Assembly: GCF_011045215.1 (NCBI RefSeq)
Contig: NZ_CP049201.1
Source: Escherichia coli
GTDB taxonomy: Bacteria; Pseudomonadota; Gammaproteobacteria; Enterobacterales; Enterobacteriaceae
DNA: 64,000 nt
Direction: 5' to 3' (one strand)
In this document: piece by piece, positions 42,724 to 53,104 of the stretch
Layout of the letters: each line of letters opens with the position of its first letter
Position numbering within the stretch: the first letter of the stretch is position 1
Made by a program: the position numbers and the translations under genes
The notes under the pieces: generated by a model
Seen by the model: only the letters and a program-made list of their open reading frames with translations
What the model was told of the DNA's origin: nothing
Database searches by the model: none

Positions 42724-43140
42724 AAATTTCACTCATTTGTAGGATACAGAAAGCAATACAAAGCCCGCATAAACAATTAGCATTTATGTTGTGTAATATT
42801 TTTTTGCCAGGCTTATAGTGTCTTTGGCAACCGGTAGCTGTATTTTATATTTTTTGTATAAGGTCTCCTGTGAAAAATCTCTTTTCACATTATTTAAATA
42901 AACAGAGAGCCAGATTAAATATCTGAGTATAAAATCTCTTCTGATGTTTAATTGATTTGAATGTTCGTAAGCTATATCACTTACTCAATCCATTTTACCC
43001 AGAGTCATAAAATAGAATGTCTGTTGATCTCATTTTCATATTCCTTTCAGACTGAAGTGCGTTTTCATCACCCGATGAGAAAGAACTGAAGTGATGTTTG
43101 CCATAGATTACGAGATGCCCTGTCTCATTGACTATCTTGG

Positions 43141-43164
43141 TGCACCTTTATACCTGTTATACCA
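43141..43164 (-). promoter_or_regulatory. Candidate NanR operator in the nanC-fimB intergenic region
   Basis: Minus strand reads T-GGTATA-aca-GGTATA-aa-GGTGCA, closely resembling the nanA operator GGTATA hexamer repeats. Confidence 0.6.
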
Positions 43165-44178
43165 GATCAAAAATCACGCAATCCATACAACAAAACCAGA
43201 TTTGCAATTCGTGTCACAAAATATGTCGATCTTTTTCTAAGAAGAAGATGCCATGTGAAGCCAGCCGAACACTTGCGGTGGTTTTCAAAAACCAAAGATT
43301 ATTGTTTAGTTATCTGTTTTATATGTGATTTATTTAGGATCTAAACAAGGGAAGCTTTGCAAGTTAACTCAGTGGGTGTGGTGAAAATAAGTGTTTACCC
43401 GCCATCAGGCTGAGCATAATTCTCATCATGAAATATGTTTCCTGGTTTGTGGCTTGTAACTGGTCACTCCTGAAGTCGATCTGGAGAGGCTTGTTGATGT
43501 TGGTGTTTTCAGGGTGATGCCTCACTTAGTTTGTTTGCCGTATCGCCCGGCGAACAGCTGTGATTGAGGAAGGTTTAAGTCGTAGTGACCAAAGCCATAT
43601 TTACCAACGGATGCAGATGAAAAAATCGTTTCCTGCTTTCCCCCATATCTCCATGATAAAAAGGAATGTAACAATCTCATGGCCTAAACTGACGAACCAG
43701 CCAGGAATAATCGCTAGGGACCTAAGAATTAGCATGATAATAGCCACTAAGAAATTACTGCGTTCCATGAAATAGCCATTTTGTGGCAAATGGAGTTGAC
43801 TAATAATGTCATATGTGAGACGGCTAGTTGAACGAATATTAAATTTTGCTGAATTTTTTATGTTGATTTTACTTGTTACAGAACATATCACATGATATAT
43901 AGATAAGATTAGTTGCATTAATGATGAGGGTTATTATTAGATTCGTATCAGATTGATAAATATATAAAGGTACATAGCATGCAAGAGCATAGCGTTTGTA
44001 TGGCAACGTTATTATAATTAACTGTTGCTACTCCATTTAAGTTCACTCAGAAGAACTGGTCCACTTACGTTAGTTATTAAGCAAACGTTCGCTTTTATAA
44101 ACATAATCAGGATAAAAATGTTGGATTATTGCTAACCCAGCACAGCTAGTGCGCGTCTGTAATTATAAGGGAAAAACG

Positions 44179-44781
44179 ATGAAGAATAAGGCTGATAACA
44201 AAAAAAGGAACTTCCTGACCCATAGTGAAATCGAATCACTCCTTAAAGCAGCAAATACCGGGCCTCATGCAGCACGTAATTATTGTCTGACTTTGCTTTG
44301 TTTTATTCATGGTTTCCGGGCGAGTGAAATTTGTCGATTGAGGATTTCGGATATTGATCTTAAGGCAAAGTGTATATATATCCATCGATTAAAAAAAGGC
44401 TTTTCAACAACGCACCCGCTATTGAACAAAGAAGTTCAGGCTTTAAAAAACTGGTTGAGTATCCGTACTTCGTACCCGCATGCTGAGAGCGAGTGGGTAT
44501 TTTTATCGCGTAAGGGTAATCCGCTTTCTCGGCAACAGTTTTACCATATTATCTCGACTTCCGGTGGTAATGCCGGGTTGTCACTGGAGATTCATCCGCA
44601 CATGTTACGCCATTCGTGTGGTTTTGCTTTGGCGAATATGGGAATAGATACGCGACTTATCCAGGATTATCTTGGGCATCGCAATATTCGTCATACTGTC
44701 TGGTATACCGCCAGCAATGCAGGGCGTTTTTACGGCATCTGGGATAGAGCCAGAGGACGACAGCGTCACGCTGTTTTATAG
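44179..44781 (+). CDS. fimB: Type 1 fimbriae switch recombinase FimB
   Basis: 200 aa from MKNKADNKK; tyrosine recombinase; matches K-12 FimB. Confidence 0.95.
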   Translation: MKNKADNKKRNFLTHSEIESLLKAANTGPHAARNYCLTLLCFIHGFRASEICRLRISDIDLKAKCIYIHRLKKGFSTTHPLLNKEVQALKNWLSIRTSYPHAESEWVFLSRKGNPLSRQQFYHIISTSGGNAGLSLEIHPHMLRHSCGFALANMGIDTRLIQDYLGHRNIRHTVWYTASNAGRFYGIWDRARGRQRHAVL

Positions 44782-45258
44782 AGATAGTTGAGATACCAGG
44801 GATGGTGTTAAAAACTACATTATTCTTACGATATATCAAAAATGATTAACCATTTATTAATTGATGTTATTGTAAGTATAATTCTTAATTATCATAATAA
44901 ACATTAAGTTAACCATATCCATACAAAATACAATGGTTTATGTTCTTCAAAATAAATAAACAAAATCATTCATAAATTTACACATCACTTAAATTCTCCT
45001 GTTTTCGCACTTTTTTCTTTATTTTTTAAGCAACTGGAAGTTAATCCACTGCAATCTATTGTTATATTGAATCAAATCAATGAAAATAGATGTTGTCACA
45101 TCAGTGATATTTTATTTTTGTATGATATTTAATGTAATTGACTGATAGCCACATCACTTCGTGTGTGGTTATCTTTTTATCTATTGGGCTAATTTTGACC
45201 GATTGAGGTTTCCTATAGGTATTCATTCAAATATATCTCAGTTAGGAGTACTACTATT

Positions 45259-45855
45259 GTGAGTAAACGTCGTTATCTTACCGGTAAAGAAGTTCAGGCC
45301 ATGATGCAGGCGGTTTGTTACGGGGCAACGGGAGCCAGAGATTATTGTCTTATTCTGTTGGCATATCGGCATGGGATGCGTATTAGTGAACTGCTTGATC
45401 TGCATTATCAGGATCTTGACCTTAATGAAGGTCGAATAAATATTCGCCGACTGAAGAACGGATTTTCTACCGTTCACCCGTTACGTTTTGATGAGCGTGA
45501 AGCTGTGGAACGCTGGACCCTGGAACGTGCTAACTGGAAAGGCGCTGACCGGACCGACGCCATATTTATTTCTCGCCGCGGGAGTCGGCTTTCTCGCCAG
45601 CAGGCCTATCGCATTATTCGTGATGCCGGTATTGAAGCTGGAACCGTAACGCAGACTCATCCTCATATGTTAAGGCATGCTTGCGGTTATGAACTGGCGG
45701 AGCGTGGTGCCGATACCCGTTTAATTCAGGATTATCTCGGGCATCGAAATATTCGCCATACTGTGCGTTATACCGCCAGTAATGCTGCTCGTTTTGCCGG
45801 ATTATGGGAAAGAAATAATCTCATAAACGAAAAATTAAAAAGAGAAGAGGTTTGA
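45259..45855 (+). CDS. fimE: Type 1 fimbriae switch recombinase FimE
   Basis: 198 aa, GTG start; paralog of FimB (HPHMLRH..., RHTVRYTAS); matches K-12 FimE. Confidence 0.95.
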   Translation: MSKRRYLTGKEVQAMMQAVCYGATGARDYCLILLAYRHGMRISELLDLHYQDLDLNEGRINIRRLKNGFSTVHPLRFDEREAVERWTLERANWKGADRTDAIFISRRGSRLSRQQAYRIIRDAGIEAGTVTQTHPHMLRHACGYELAERGADTRLIQDYLGHRNIRHTVRYTASNAARFAGLWERNNLINEKLKREEV

Positions 45856-45902
45856 TTTAACTTATTGATAATAAAGTTAAAAAACAAATAAATACAAGAC
45901 AA

Positions 45903-46216
45903 TTGGGGCCAAACTGTCCATATCATAAATAAGTTACGTATTTTTTCTCAAGCATAAAAATTTTAAAAAACGACAAAAATCATCTAACTGTTTGATATGT
46001 AAATTATTTCTCTTGTAAATTAATTTCACATCACCTCCGCTATATGTAAAGCTAACGTTTCTGTGGCTCGACGCATCTTCCTCATTCTTCTCTCCAAAAA
46101 CCACCTCATGCAATATAAAAATCTATAAATAAAGATAATAACAGAATATTAAGCTAACAAATAAACTGAAAAAGTTTGTGCGCGATGCTTTCCTCTATGA
46201 GTCAAAATGGCCCCAA
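45903..46216. promoter_or_regulatory. fimS: fimS invertible promoter element (fim switch), apparently phase-OFF
   Basis: 314-bp element bounded by 9-bp inverted repeats ttggggcca (45903-45911) and tggccccaa (46208-46216); the sigma70-like promoter lies next to the left repeat on the minus strand. Confidence 0.85.
45921..45951 (-). promoter_or_regulatory. Sigma70-like promoter inside fimS, directed toward fimE
   Basis: Minus strand reads TTGAGA (-35), an 18-nt spacer, then TATGATA (-10, reverse complement of 45921-45927). Confidence 0.55.
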
Positions 46217-46335
46217 ATGTTTCATCTTTTGGGGGAAAACTGTGCAGTGTTGGCAGTCAAACTCGTTGACAAAACAAAGTGTACAGAACGACTGCCCATG
46301 TCGATTTAGAAATAGTTTTTTTAAAGGAAAGCAGC

Positions 46336-46884
46336 ATGAAAATTAAAACTCTGGCAATCGTTGTTCTGTCGGCTCTGTCCCTCAGTTCCGCAGCGGCTCT
46401 GGCCGATACTACGACGGTAAATGGTGGGACCGTTCACTTTAAAGGGGAAGTTGTTAATGCCGCTTGCGCAGTTGATGCAGGCTCTGTTGATCAAACCGTT
46501 CAGTTAGGTCAGGCTCGTACCGCTTCGCTGGACCAGGATGGAGCGACCAGCTCTGCTGTCGGTTTTAACATTCAGCTGAATGATTGCGATACCGATGTTG
46601 CAAGCAAAGCTGCTGTTGCCTTCTTAGGTACAACAATTGACACGAATCATACCAACGTACTGGCTCTGCAGAGTTCTGCTGCGGGTAGCGCAACAAACGT
46701 TGGTGTACAGATCCTGGATAAAACAGGAGCTGCGTTGGCGCTGGATGGTGCGTCATTTAGTGCACAAACAACCCTGAATAACGGAACCAACACCATTCCG
46801 TTCCAGGCGCGTTATTATGCAATTGGTGCCGCAACCCCTGGCGCAGCTAATGCGGATGCGACCTTCAAGGTTCAGTATCAATAA
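46336..46884 (+). CDS. fimA: Type 1 fimbrial major subunit FimA
   Basis: 182 aa from [14 protein letters not shown]; signal peptide and pilin fold; conserved C-terminus FKVQYQ. Confidence 0.95.
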
Positions 46885-46948
46885 CCTACCCAGGTTCAGG
46901 GACGTCATTACGGGCAGGGATGCCCACCCTTGTGCGATAAAAATAACG

Positions 46949-47488
46949 ATGAAAAGGAAGAGATTATTTCTATTAGCGTCGTTGCTGCCAATGTTTGCTC
47001 TGGCCGGAAATAAATGGAATACCACGCTGCCCGGCGGAAATATGCAATTTCAGGGCGTCATTATTGCGGAAACTTGCCGGATTGAAGCCGGTGATAAACA
47101 AATGACGGTCAATATGGGGCAAATCAGCAGTAACCGGTTTCATGCGGTAGGGGAAGATAGCGCACCGGTGCCTTTTGTTATTCATTTACGGGAATGTAGC
47201 ACGGTGGTGAGTGAACGTGTAGGTGTGGCGTTTCACGGTGTCGCGGATGGTAAAAATCCGGATGTGCTTTCCGTGGGAGAGGGGCCAGGGATAGCCACCA
47301 ATATTGGCGTAGCGTTGTTTGATGATGAAGGAAACCTCGTACCGATTAATCGTCCTCCAGCAAACTGGAAACGGCTTTACTCAGGCTCTACTTCGCTACA
47401 TTTCATCGCCAAATATCGTGCTACCGGGCGTCGGGTTACTGGCGGCATCGCCAATGCCCAGGCCTGGTTCTCTTTAACCTATCAGTAA
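46949..47488 (+). CDS. fimI: Fimbrial protein FimI
   Basis: 179 aa from [13 protein letters not shown]; pilin-like, ends FSLTYQ. Confidence 0.88.
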
Positions 47489-47524
47489 TTGTTCAGCAGA
47501 TAATGTGATAACAGGAACAGGACA

Positions 47525-48250
47525 GTGAGTAATAAAAACGTCAATGTAAGGAAATCGCAGGAAATAACATTCTGCTTGCTGGCAGGTATCCTGATGTTCA
47601 TGGCAATGATGGTTGCCGGACGCGCTGAAGCGGGAGTGGCCTTAGGTGCGACTCGCGTAATTTATCCGGCAGGGCAAAAACAAGTGCAACTTGCCGTGAC
47701 AAATAATGATGAAAATAGTACCTATTTAATTCAATCATGGGTGGAAAATGCCGATGGTGTAAAGGATGGTCGTTTTATCGTGACGCCTCCTCTGTTTGCG
47801 ATGAAGGGAAAAAAAGAGAATACCTTGCGTATTCTTGATGCAACAAATAACCAATTGCCACAGGATCGGGAAAGTTTATTCTGGATGAATGTTAAAGCGA
47901 TTCCGTCAATGGATAAATCAAAATTGACTGAGAATACGCTACAGCTCGCAATTATCAGCCGCATTAAACTGTACTATCGCCCGGCTAAATTAGCGTTGCC
48001 ACCCGATCAGGCCGCAGAAAAATTAAGATTTCGTCGTAGCGCGAATTCTCTGACGCTGATCAACCCGACACCCTATTACCTGACGGTAACAGAGTTGAAT
48101 GCCGGAACTCGGGTTCTTGAAAATGCCTTGGTGCCTCCAATGGGCGAAAGCACGGTTAAATTGCCTTCTGATGCGGGAAGCAATATTACTTACCGAACAA
48201 TAAATGATTATGGCGCACTTACCCCAAAAATGACGGGCGTAATGGAATAA
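47525..48250 (+). CDS. fimC: Periplasmic pilus chaperone FimC
   Basis: 241 aa, GTG start; PapD-like chaperone matching E. coli FimC. Confidence 0.95.
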   Translation: MSNKNVNVRKSQEITFCLLAGILMFMAMMVAGRAEAGVALGATRVIYPAGQKQVQLAVTNNDENSTYLIQSWVENADGVKDGRFIVTPPLFAMKGKKENTLRILDATNNQLPQDRESLFWMNVKAIPSMDKSKLTENTLQLAIISRIKLYYRPAKLALPPDQAAEKLRFRRSANSLTLINPTPYYLTVTELNAGTRVLENALVPPMGESTVKLPSDAGSNITYRTINDYGALTPKMTGVME

Positions 48251-48316
48251 CGCAGGGGGAATTTTTCGCCTGAATAAAAAGAATTGACTGCCGGGTGATT
48301 TTAAACCGGAGGAATA

Positions 48317-50953
48317 ATGTCATATCTGAATTTAAGACTTTACCAGCTAAACACACAATGCTTGCATATTCGTAAGCATCGTTTGGCTGGTTTTTTTGTC
48401 CGGCTCGTTGTCGCCTGTGCTTTTGCCGCACAGGCACCTTTGTCATCTGCCGAACTCTATTTTAACCCGCGTTTTTTAGCGGATGATCCCCAGGCTGTGG
48501 CTGATTTATCGCGTTTTGAAAATGGGCAAGAATTACCGCCAGGGACGTATCGCGTCGATATCTATTTGAATAATGGTTATATGGCAACGCGTGATGTCAC
48601 ATTTAATACGGGCGACAGTGAACAAGGGATTGTTCCCTGCCTGACACGCGCGCAACTTGCCAGTATGGGGCTGAATACGGCTTCTGTCTCCGGTATGAGT
48701 CTGCTGGCGGATGATGCCTGCGTGCCATTAACCACAATGATCCATGACGCTACTGCGCATTTAGATGTTGGTCAGCAGCGACTCAACCTGACGATCCCTC
48801 AGGCATTTATGAGTAATCGCGCGCGTGGTTATATTCCTCCTGAGTTATGGGATCCCGGTATTAATGCCGGATTGCTCAATTATAATTTCAGCGGAAATAG
48901 TGTACAGAATCGGATTGGGGGTAACAGCCATTATGCATATTTAAACCTACAGAGTGGGTTAAATATTGGTGCGTGGCGTTTACGCGACAATACCACCTGG
49001 AGTTATAACAGTAGCGACAGATCATCAGGTAGCAAAAATAAATGGCAGCATATCAATACCTGGCTTGAGCGAGACATAATTCCTTTACGTTCCCGGCTAA
49101 CGCTGGGTGATGGTTATACTCAGGGCGATATTTTCGATGGTATTAACTTTCGCGGCGCACAATTGGCCTCAGATGACAATATGTTACCCGATAGCCAAAG
49201 AGGATTTGCCCCGGTGATCCACGGTATTGCTCGTGGTACTGCACAGGTCACTATTAAACAAAATGGGTATGACATTTATAATAGTACGGTGCCACCGGGG
49301 CCTTTTACCATCAACGATATCTATGCCGCAGGTAATAGTGGTGACTTGCAGGTAACAATTAAAGAGGCTGACGGCAGCACGCAGATTTTTACCGTACCCT
49401 ATTCGTCAGTCCCGCTTTTGCAACGTGAAGGGCATACTCGTTATTCCATTACGGCAGGAGAATACCGTAGTGGAAATGCGCAGCAGGAAAAACCCCGCTT
49501 TTTCCAGAGTACATTACTCCACGGCCTTCCGGCTGGCTGGACAATATATGGTGGAACGCAACTGGCGGATCGTTATCGTGCTTTTAATTTCGGTATCGGG
49601 AAAAACATGGGGGCACTGGGCGCTCTGTCTGTGGATATGACGCAGGCTAATTCCACACTTCCCGATGACAGTCAGCATGACGGACAATCGGTGCGTTTTC
49701 TCTATAACAAATCGCTCAATGAGTCAGGCACGAATATTCAGTTAGTGGGTTACCGTTATTCGACCAGCGGATATTTTAATTTCGCTGATACAACATACAG
49801 TCGAATGAATGGCTACAACATCGAAACACAGGATGGAGTTATTCAGGTTAAGCCGAAATTCACCGACTATTACAACCTCGCTTATAACAAACGCGGGAAA
49901 TTACAGCTCACCGTTACTCAGCAACTCGGGCGCACATCAACACTGTATTTGAGTGGTAGCCATCAAACTTATTGGGGAACGAGTAATGTCGATGAGCAAT
50001 TCCAGGCTGGATTAAATACTGCGTTCGAAGATATCAACTGGACGCTCAGCTATAGCCTGACGAAAAACGCCTGGCAAAAAGGACGGGATCAGATGTTAGC
50101 GCTTAACGTCAATATTCCTTTCAGCCACTGGCTGCGTTCTGACAGTAAATCTCAGTGGCGACATGCCAGTGCCAGCTACAGCATGTCACACGATCTCAAC
50201 GGTCGGATGACCAATCTGGCTGGTGTATACGGTACGTTGCTGGAAGACAACAACCTCAGCTATAGCGTGCAAACCGGCTATGCCGGGGGAGGCGATGGTA
50301 ATAGCGGAAGTACAGGCTACGCCACGCTGAATTATCGCGGTGGTTACGGCAATGCCAATATCGGTTACAGCCATAGCGATGATATTAAGCAGCTCTATTA
50401 CGGAGTCAGCGGTGGGGTACTGGCTCATGCCAATGGCGTAACGCTGGGGCAGCCGTTAAACGATACGGTGGTACTTGTTAAAGCGCCTGGCGCAAAAGAT
50501 GCAAAAGTCGAAAACCAGACGGGGGTGCGTACCGACTGGCGCGGTTATGCCGTGCTGCCTTATGCCACCGAATATCGGGAAAACAGAGTGGCGCTGGATA
50601 CCAATACCCTGGCTGATAACGTCGATTTAGATAACGCGGTCGCTAACGTTGTTCCCACTCGTGGGGCGATCGTGCGAGCAGAGTTTAAAGCGCGCGTTGG
50701 GATAAAACTGCTCATGACGCTAACCCACAATAATAAGCCGCTGCCGTTTGGGGCGATGGTGACATCAGAGAGTAGCCATAGTAGCGGCATTGTTGCGGAT
50801 AATGGTCAGGTTTACCTCAGCGGAATGCCTCTAGCGGGAAAAGTTCAGGTGAAATGGGGAGAAGAGGAAAATGCTCATTGTGTCGCCAATTATCAACTGC
50901 CACCAGAGAGTCAGCAGCAGTTATTAACCCAGCTATCAGCTGAATGTCGTTAA
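48317..50953 (+). CDS. fimD: Outer-membrane usher FimD
   Basis: 878-aa usher protein matching E. coli FimD. Confidence 0.96.
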   Translation: MSYLNLRLYQLNTQCLHIRKHRLAGFFVRLVVACAFAAQAPLSSAELYFNPRFLADDPQAVADLSRFENGQELPPGTYRVDIYLNNGYMATRDVTFNTGDSEQGIVPCLTRAQLASMGLNTASVSGMSLLADDACVPLTTMIHDATAHLDVGQQRLNLTIPQAFMSNRARGYIPPELWDPGINAGLLNYNFSGNSVQNRIGGNSHYAYLNLQSGLNIGAWRLRDNTTWSYNSSDRSSGSKNKWQHINTWLERDIIPLRSRLTLGDGYTQGDIFDGINFRGAQLASDDNMLPDSQRGFAPVIHGIARGTAQVTIKQNGYDIYNSTVPPGPFTINDIYAAGNSGDLQVTIKEADGSTQIFTVPYSSVPLLQREGHTRYSITAGEYRSGNAQQEKPRFFQSTLLHGLPAGWTIYGGTQLADRYRAFNFGIGKNMGALGALSVDMTQANSTLPDDSQHDGQSVRFLYNKSLNESGTNIQLVGYRYSTSGYFNFADTTYSRMNGYNIETQDGVIQVKPKFTDYYNLAYNKRGKLQLTVTQQLGRTSTLYLSGSHQTYWGTSNVDEQFQAGLNTAFEDINWTLSYSLTKNAWQKGRDQMLALNVNIPFSHWLRSDSKSQWRHASASYSMSHDLNGRMTNLAGVYGTLLEDNNLSYSVQTGYAGGGDGNSGSTGYATLNYRGGYGNANIGYSHSDDIKQLYYGVSGGVLAHANGVTLGQPLNDTVVLVKAPGAKDAKVENQTGVRTDWRGYAVLPYATEYRENRVALDTNTLADNVDLDNAVANVVPTRGAIVRAEFKARVGIKLLMTLTHNNKPLPFGAMVTSESSHSSGIVADNGQVYLSGMPLAGKVQVKWGEEENAHCVANYQLPPESQQQLLTQLSAECR

Positions 50954-50962
50954 GGGGGCGTG

Positions 50963-51493
50963 ATGAGAAACAAACCTTTTTATCTTCTGTGCGCTTTTTT
51001 GTGGCTGGCGGTAAGTCGCGTTTTGGCTGCGGATAGCACGATTACTATCCGCGGCTATGTCAGAGATAACGGCTGTAGTGTGGCCGCTGAATCAACCAAT
51101 TTTACTGTTGATCTGATGGAAAACGCGGCGAAGCAATTTAACAACATTGGCGCAACGACTCCTGTCGTTCCATTTCGTATTTTGCTGTCACCCTGTGGTA
51201 ACGCCGTTTCTGCCGTAAAGGTTGGGTTTACCGGCGTTGCAGATAGCCACAATGCCAACCTGCTTGCACTTGAAAATACGGTGTCAGCGGCTTCGGGATT
51301 GGGAATACAGCTTCTGAATGAGCAGCAAAATCAAATACCCCTTAATGCTCCATCGTCCGCGATTTCGTGGACGACCCTGACGCCGGGTAAACCAAATACG
51401 CTGAATTTTTACGCCCGGCTAATGGCGACACAGGTGCCTGTCACTGCGGGGCATATCAATGCCACGGCTACCTTCACTCTTGAATATCAGTAA
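50963..51493 (+). CDS. fimF: Fimbrial minor subunit FimF
   Basis: 176 aa from MRNKPFYLL; pilin-like, ends FTLEYQ. Confidence 0.92.
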   Translation: MRNKPFYLLCAFLWLAVSRVLAADSTITIRGYVRDNGCSVAAESTNFTVDLMENAAKQFNNIGATTPVVPFRILLSPCGNAVSAVKVGFTGVADSHNANLLALENTVSAASGLGIQLLNEQQNQIPLNAPSSAISWTTLTPGKPNTLNFYARLMATQVPVTAGHINATATFTLEYQ

Positions 51494-51505
51494 CTGGAGA
51501 TGCTC

Positions 51506-52009
51506 ATGAAATGGCGCAAACGTGGGTATTTATTGGCGGCAATATTGGCGCTCGCAAGTGCGACGATACAGGCAGCCGATGTCACCATCACGGTGAACGG
51601 TAAGGTCGTCGCCAAACCGTGCACAGTTTCCACCACCAATGCCACGGTTGATCTCGGCGATCTTTATTCTTTCAGTCTGATGTCTGCCGGGGCGGCATCG
51701 GCCTGGCATGATGTTGCGCTTGAGTTGACTAATTGTCCGGTGGGAACGTCGAGGGTCACTGCCAGCTTCAGCGGGGCAGCCGACAGTACCGGATATTATA
51801 AAAACCAGGGGACCGCGCAAAACATCCAGTTAGAGCTACAGGATGACAGTGGCAACACATTGAATACTGGCGCAACCAAAACAGTTCAGGTGGATGATTC
51901 CTCACAATCAGCGCACTTCCCGTTACAGGTCAGAGCATTGACGGTAAATGGCGGAGCCACTCAGGGAACCATTCAGGCAGTGATTAGCATCACCTATACC
52001 TACAGCTGA
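51506..52009 (+). CDS. fimG: Fimbrial minor subunit FimG
   Basis: 167 aa from MKWRKRGYLLAAILAL; pilin-like. Confidence 0.92.
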   Translation: MKWRKRGYLLAAILALASATIQAADVTITVNGKVVAKPCTVSTTNATVDLGDLYSFSLMSAGAASAWHDVALELTNCPVGTSRVTASFSGAADSTGYYKNQGTAQNIQLELQDDSGNTLNTGATKTVQVDDSSQSAHFPLQVRALTVNGGATQGTIQAVISITYTYS

Positions 52010-52028
52010 ACCCGAAGAGATAATTGTA

Positions 52029-52931
52029 ATGAAACGAGTTATTACCCTGTTTGCTGTACTGCTGATGGGCTGGTCGGTAAATGCCTGGTCATTCGCCTGT
52101 AAAACCGCCAATGGTACCGCTATTCCTATTGGCGGTGGCAGCGCTAATGTTTATGTAAACCTTGCGCCTGCCGTGAATGTGGGGCAAAACCTGGTCGTAG
52201 ATCTTTCGACGCAAATCTTTTGCCATAACGATTATCCGGAAACCATTACAGACTATGTCACACTGCAACGAGGCTCGGCTTATGGCGGCGTGTTATCTAA
52301 TTTTTCCGGGACCGTAAAATATAGTGGCAGTAGCTATCCATTTCCGACCACCAGCGAAACGCCGCGGGTTGTTTATAATTCGAGAACGGATAAGCCGTGG
52401 CCGGTGGCGCTTTATTTGACGCCTGTGAGCAGTGCGGGCGGGGTGGCGATTAAAGCTGGCTCATTAATTGCCGTGCTTATTTTGCGACAGACCAACAACT
52501 ATAACAGCGATGATTTCCAGTTTGTGTGGAATATTTACGCCAATAATGATGTGGTGGTGCCTACTGGCGGCTGCGATGTTTCTGCTCGTGATGTCACCGT
52601 TACTCTGCCGGACTACCCTGGTTCAGTGCCAATTCCTCTTACCGTTTATTGTGCGAAAAGCCAAAACCTGGGGTATTACCTCTCCGGCACAACCGCAGAT
52701 GCGGGCAACTCGATTTTCACCAATACCGCGTCGTTTTCACCAGCGCAGGGCGTCGGCGTACAGTTGACGCGCAACGGTACGATTATTCCAGCGAATAACA
52801 CGGTATCGTTAGGAGCAGTAGGGACTTCGGCGGTAAGTCTGGGATTAACGGCAAATTACGCACGTACCGGAGGGCAGGTGACTGCAGGGAATGTGCAATC
52901 GATTATTGGCGTGACTTTTGTTTATCAATAA
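52029..52931 (+). CDS. fimH: Mannose-specific fimbrial adhesin FimH
   Basis: 300 aa; FACKTANGTAIPIGGGSANVYVNLAPAVNVGQNLVVDLSTQIFCHNDYPETITDYV lectin domain followed by a pilin domain. Confidence 0.96.
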   Translation: MKRVITLFAVLLMGWSVNAWSFACKTANGTAIPIGGGSANVYVNLAPAVNVGQNLVVDLSTQIFCHNDYPETITDYVTLQRGSAYGGVLSNFSGTVKYSGSSYPFPTTSETPRVVYNSRTDKPWPVALYLTPVSSAGGVAIKAGSLIAVLILRQTNNYNSDDFQFVWNIYANNDVVVPTGGCDVSARDVTVTLPDYPGSVPIPLTVYCAKSQNLGYYLSGTTADAGNSIFTNTASFSPAQGVGVQLTRNGTIIPANNTVSLGAVGTSAVSLGLTANYARTGGQVTAGNVQSIIGVTFVYQ

Positions 52932-53002
52932 AGAAATCACAGGGCATTGCTAATGCAGGTACGCAATATTACCTGAAGCTAAAAACCTGCACGTTAGCCC
53001 TT

Positions 53003-53040
53003 TGTAGGCCAGATAAGACGCGTCAGCGTCGCATCTGGCA
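53003..53040. repeat. REP element
   Basis: gtaggccagataagacgcgtcagcgtcgcatctggca. Confidence 0.7.
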
Positions 53041-53073
53041 TAAACAAAGCGCACTTTGCCGACAATCCGAACT

Positions 53074-53094
53074 GAGCCTGCCATTGGCAGGCTC
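53074..53094. terminator. Putative terminator hairpin between fimH and gntP
   Basis: Stem gagcctgcc/ggcaggctc with a 3-nt loop; T-rich on the plus side. Confidence 0.55.
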
Positions 53095-53104
53095 TGGTGT
53101 TCTT

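Noticed and set aside
43128-43775. Small ORFs (66 and 71 aa) in the nanC-fimB intergenic region
   Set aside because: This long intergenic region is known regulatory DNA for fimB and nanC; the ORFs are AT-rich with weak start contexts
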